A stretch of 64,000 nucleotides of DNA from the human T2T-CHM13v2.0 reference genome, Homo sapiens. The notes beneath the pieces were generated by a model. The model was given only the letters and a program-made list of their open reading frames with translations, was not told the DNA's origin and made no database searches. Shown here piece by piece: positions 60,507 through 64,000 of the stretch (position 1 is the stretch's first letter; each line of letters begins with the position of its first letter). The stretch is taken from the NCBI RefSeq assembly GCF_009914755.1, contig NC_060926.1. The stretch is one strand, 5' to 3'. A program made the position numbers and the translations under genes.

Positions 60507-63457
60507 CTAAGTAAAAAAAAAAATTAAGAAACATGAAATTTTCATTGAAAATTCTTTAAGAAAATAGCTTTTCCTTTTAAAATTACTATTGCTTTTTAGT
60601 CTCTATAAATGTTATTAGGAATAAAGTGAAAGCCACCCTTATTTCTAATACTCAGAGACATTTTACCACATATCCTTCCAGACTTTCTTTTCCATTCATA
60701 AATACACAGGTAAAGGGATAACAAAAATGAGAACATGTTATAAATGCTATTTTGTGACTATCTTTATTGCCTTAAAAATATATTGCAGAGACCACCTTGT
60801 GGCAATAAATTTTTCCTTACAGTGTCATTTTAAATGGCAAAATGGAATTCTATTGTAAGAATGTACTATAATTTATTAGGCATCTATTTAAATAATCTCT
60901 TTCAGGAAGATGTATACATGATCAGTGAGAACATCCAATTCTTATCTTCTGCCTAAGCAGTTTGTTATAGCTTAAGACCAAATACAGTCAACTGGAAGAA
61001 CTTTAGTTACAACCAAGAAAATTAATATAAAAAAGAATTTCTAATAAGATCAATAAAGATTTTAAACCTTTCATGCCTTATTGCTAGCATGTACACAAGA
61101 CAGTGCCAAACATTCAAACTTCCAATTAGGATGAAATCTAAGTGTTTGTCTTTTTATCCAGTAAAAATTCCATTGCCTCCAAAGGCAACTAAGAAGTTAA
61201 ATGAAATCCAAATGTTCCTCTCATCTCCATCACAACAGACCAGATAAATAGCTCCATAGGCTACATAAGTTTAGAAGAAGCCAAAGAAATGCAATACTTC
61301 AGGGACCAAAAGAATAAAAGTTTCACAATGAAAACAGCTAAGAGACACACCCACTTCATTTTATTAGGAAGAAACACAAACACACTTACAGCCAAGGACA
61401 GGGGCAGGAGAAAGTTAAGTGAAAAGAAATAGTAAGTAAATACTCTTTTTTGCAAACATTTGTATGAGACCTTAAAAGACCAAAAAAAGTCAAGCTATTG
61501 TTAAAAAGTGACAGTCTGTAGATAACACAACTATTTTGAATCACTCTACTCTAGAAAATGGAAAGACTGATATTCATAGACATAACCTAGCAGAACTTGG
61601 CTTCTGTTTACTCTAAAACTATTCCAGATGATAATTCAAAATATACAAATGTCTGGATTTAACATGCTTCTTTATACTGGTATAATATAATTTTTCCCTG
61701 CGCATACTATATAAAGAAAGATTTAACATCTCTGCAGTTTCAGGTCATCTAAATACAGTATCTGATAACTTTGTTTAAATGGTAAACATGACTATTAATT
61801 TCTTTTAAGCTTAGATGTACAATAATTATTCCCTGATTTGAAAGAGAATCAATATGAATTGAAAATTACACTAAATTCTGAGGAAACAATAATATTCAGT
61901 CATGCATTCTTTTCATAGGCCTCTGCAATCTGTCTTCAGGATCCAAATTTGCCTGGAGCTCTCCTCTCCAAGGTCATCAGCTGACCTTCTTCATATGCAA
62001 TACTTCTTCATTTTATTTTCCTAGCATTTCTTACTGTCAACTATCACTTCCTCAGCCTTCATGACAACATACCATCCTGAATCACTTCTCACCCTTCTCT
62101 ACTTATCTGGGTTAATTCAAACATTACCCAGAGCCTATTAAGACAGCGCCACAGGACTAGGTCCTACAGGTAAAGAGGAAACAAGGTATGACCTGTCTTT
62201 GAAAAGAGAGATGCAGGGAACTAATATTTCAACCCAAAATGATAAGAATTATAATGCATGGCCAAGTTGACATGAGAGTACCAGGGAGAGATATTTAAGT
62301 TGTAAATCAAACTTAAAGCTTTATGGTTAAAGAAAGCTTCTTAAAGGCTGTGCAGCTGACCAATCAGGTTTGTGTGAGAAAACGTTTATATTCTCCCAAC
62401 AAAGTGACCCTTAGGCCCTTGGCTGCCTGGAAATCCTTCTAAGTTTTCTCCTGGAAGCTTTCTGGTCCACTTTCATGACAACTATTTCTTACTTTCCCCA
62501 TTCTCCTCAAAATTTCCACACAGCCTTTATCTGTCTCACTCACAGAAGATGACCTAGCCTCCATCTTCAGAGAAAACAGAGATATATTCATAGTCCATTA
62601 GCAAAGAAGCCTTACTATTAAAAGATAAAGTGCAGAGTCAGGAGCATGGTACAAAACAGTTCTTTTATTGTTCCCTAAATCACCAGCTCAACTCTTCACA
62701 TAATCACCTTGAGAGGCCAAAGGAAGTCCTTCCTCTCTCCCGCTCCCTATGGTTCCTTAAGTGTCTTACCTCCTCTTCCTGAGCCTGAGGCTTCCTCTCA
62801 TTCTTTCTCTGTGGCTGGCCAAGCATCTCCACCATTTGGTTCCATTAGATTTTACTTCCATGGAAAGGGTAGAGGCCAGAATGGCAGTGAGAGGGTGAAT
62901 CTTTCCTCTTCAGTGAATCAGGGAAAGGAACTTCCAGATCTGGCCTCAAAATGTCTCCGGCATTAAGGAAGTCTCTAGCAAAATAAAGTCCCTCTCAGTA
63001 TAACCCTAGAACCCAGAAAGTCTCCAAATCTCCATCCCACCCGAGGAAAAATGTTTCCATTACCTAATCTGGATAAGGCCCCAGGGGGAGATGACTGTGC
63101 CCCAAGCCCCAGAAGGGGTGGGCGAGTAGGGCCAAAGGGGAAAATATCGCATCTTTTCTCACAGGCTTTTGTGTTTTACTATAACTGCTTTCTAGGAATC
63201 AAATTTAAATGAGCTAGAGGCTAATAAATTATTTTTGCTAGTCACAAGAAAATGTATTTCACATGCAATTGCTCTTCTTCAGAAACACCATTTTGTTTGA
63301 ATTCCACCCAACAGTATGCACTACATGTAGTAATTCTACTACATCTGAAGAGGTTTTGGAACCAAGTTAATTGAAGTTGCAGGTTAACAAATAAAGGCAA
63401 AAACTTGTCTATAACTTCCCTGTAACCTGTGGGTACTTGGCACTGAGACTCTTTCAA

Positions 63458-63620
63458 GTTCATTCATTCATTCATCAAATATACATGGAGCACCAGATAC
63501 TGTGCTAGACCCTGGGCACACAGTAGAGAATAAAACAGATATGCATGCCACTGCTTAGAGACTACTGAGGAGACAGATAATAAGCAAGTAAGCAGAGCAT
63601 TACAAATGGTAATAAGTGTT
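63458..63620 (-). mobile_element. L2 3' end
   Basis: 'ttcattcattcattcatcaaatatacatggagcacc...tgtgctagaccctgggcacacagtagagaataaaacaga'. Confidence 0.8.
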
Positions 63621-63909
63621 TGCCTTACACCCTTCAACAAAATTATACTTCCAGGCACTACCCCACTGCCATCAGGCTCCTCAGCAGGATGAAGCAGTGA
63701 CCAAGAAAACATGGTAGAAAATTGCAGCAATTTGTTGGTCTAGGAGACATCTGCATTTAAACTCTGATTTGCGGAACAACAGTCTGTAGAAGTCTTCAGG
63801 CCAGTGGCTCACTAGACCAAAGAAAGCTTCTTATAGAATTGTATACTGAACAAACTGATGCTCCACATACTAGGTAAGTTTTTAACCTAAAACACCATTA
63901 ACTTGAGCC

Positions 63910-63939
63910 TCAGTAATATCCAATCAGTAATATCCAATC
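63910..63939. repeat. Perfect 14-bp tandem duplication (cagtaatatccaat x2)
   Basis: Directly visible. Confidence 0.9.
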
Positions 63940-64000
63940 CACACAAGCCTCAAAATATATTTATGTGCTAGTGTCACTTCCACCTAACCAATAAAAAACT

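Overview
This is repeat-rich great-ape (human-like) nuclear DNA, most likely intronic or intergenic. I found no host protein-coding gene, RNA gene or CRISPR array that I can identify. The dominant feature is a full-length (~6.0 kb) L1PA2-type LINE-1 on the minus strand (31551-37591) with a perfect target-site duplication (TSD). It has an intact ORF1 and antisense ORF0, while ORF2 is inactivated but still leaves an open 597-aa endonuclease-containing fragment. The rest is about 20 Alus, four ERV1 solo LTRs (MER31/LTR54-like, LTR8, MER52A, LTR15), a MER21-type LTR with internal sequence, MaLR LTRs, old L1M/L2/MIR, hAT and Tigger DNA transposon fossils, and micro/minisatellites. Almost all other listed ORFs are repeat artefacts. 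The most notable observations are a probable 3'UTR-only retrocopy sharing its target site with a later AluY, a short L1 3' transduction, a fold-back-rearranged Alu, and several candidate minus-strand exons in repeat-poor stretches. I see no convincing evidence of a wholly new biological system. Repeat subfamily names come from recalled consensus sequences and were not computed.
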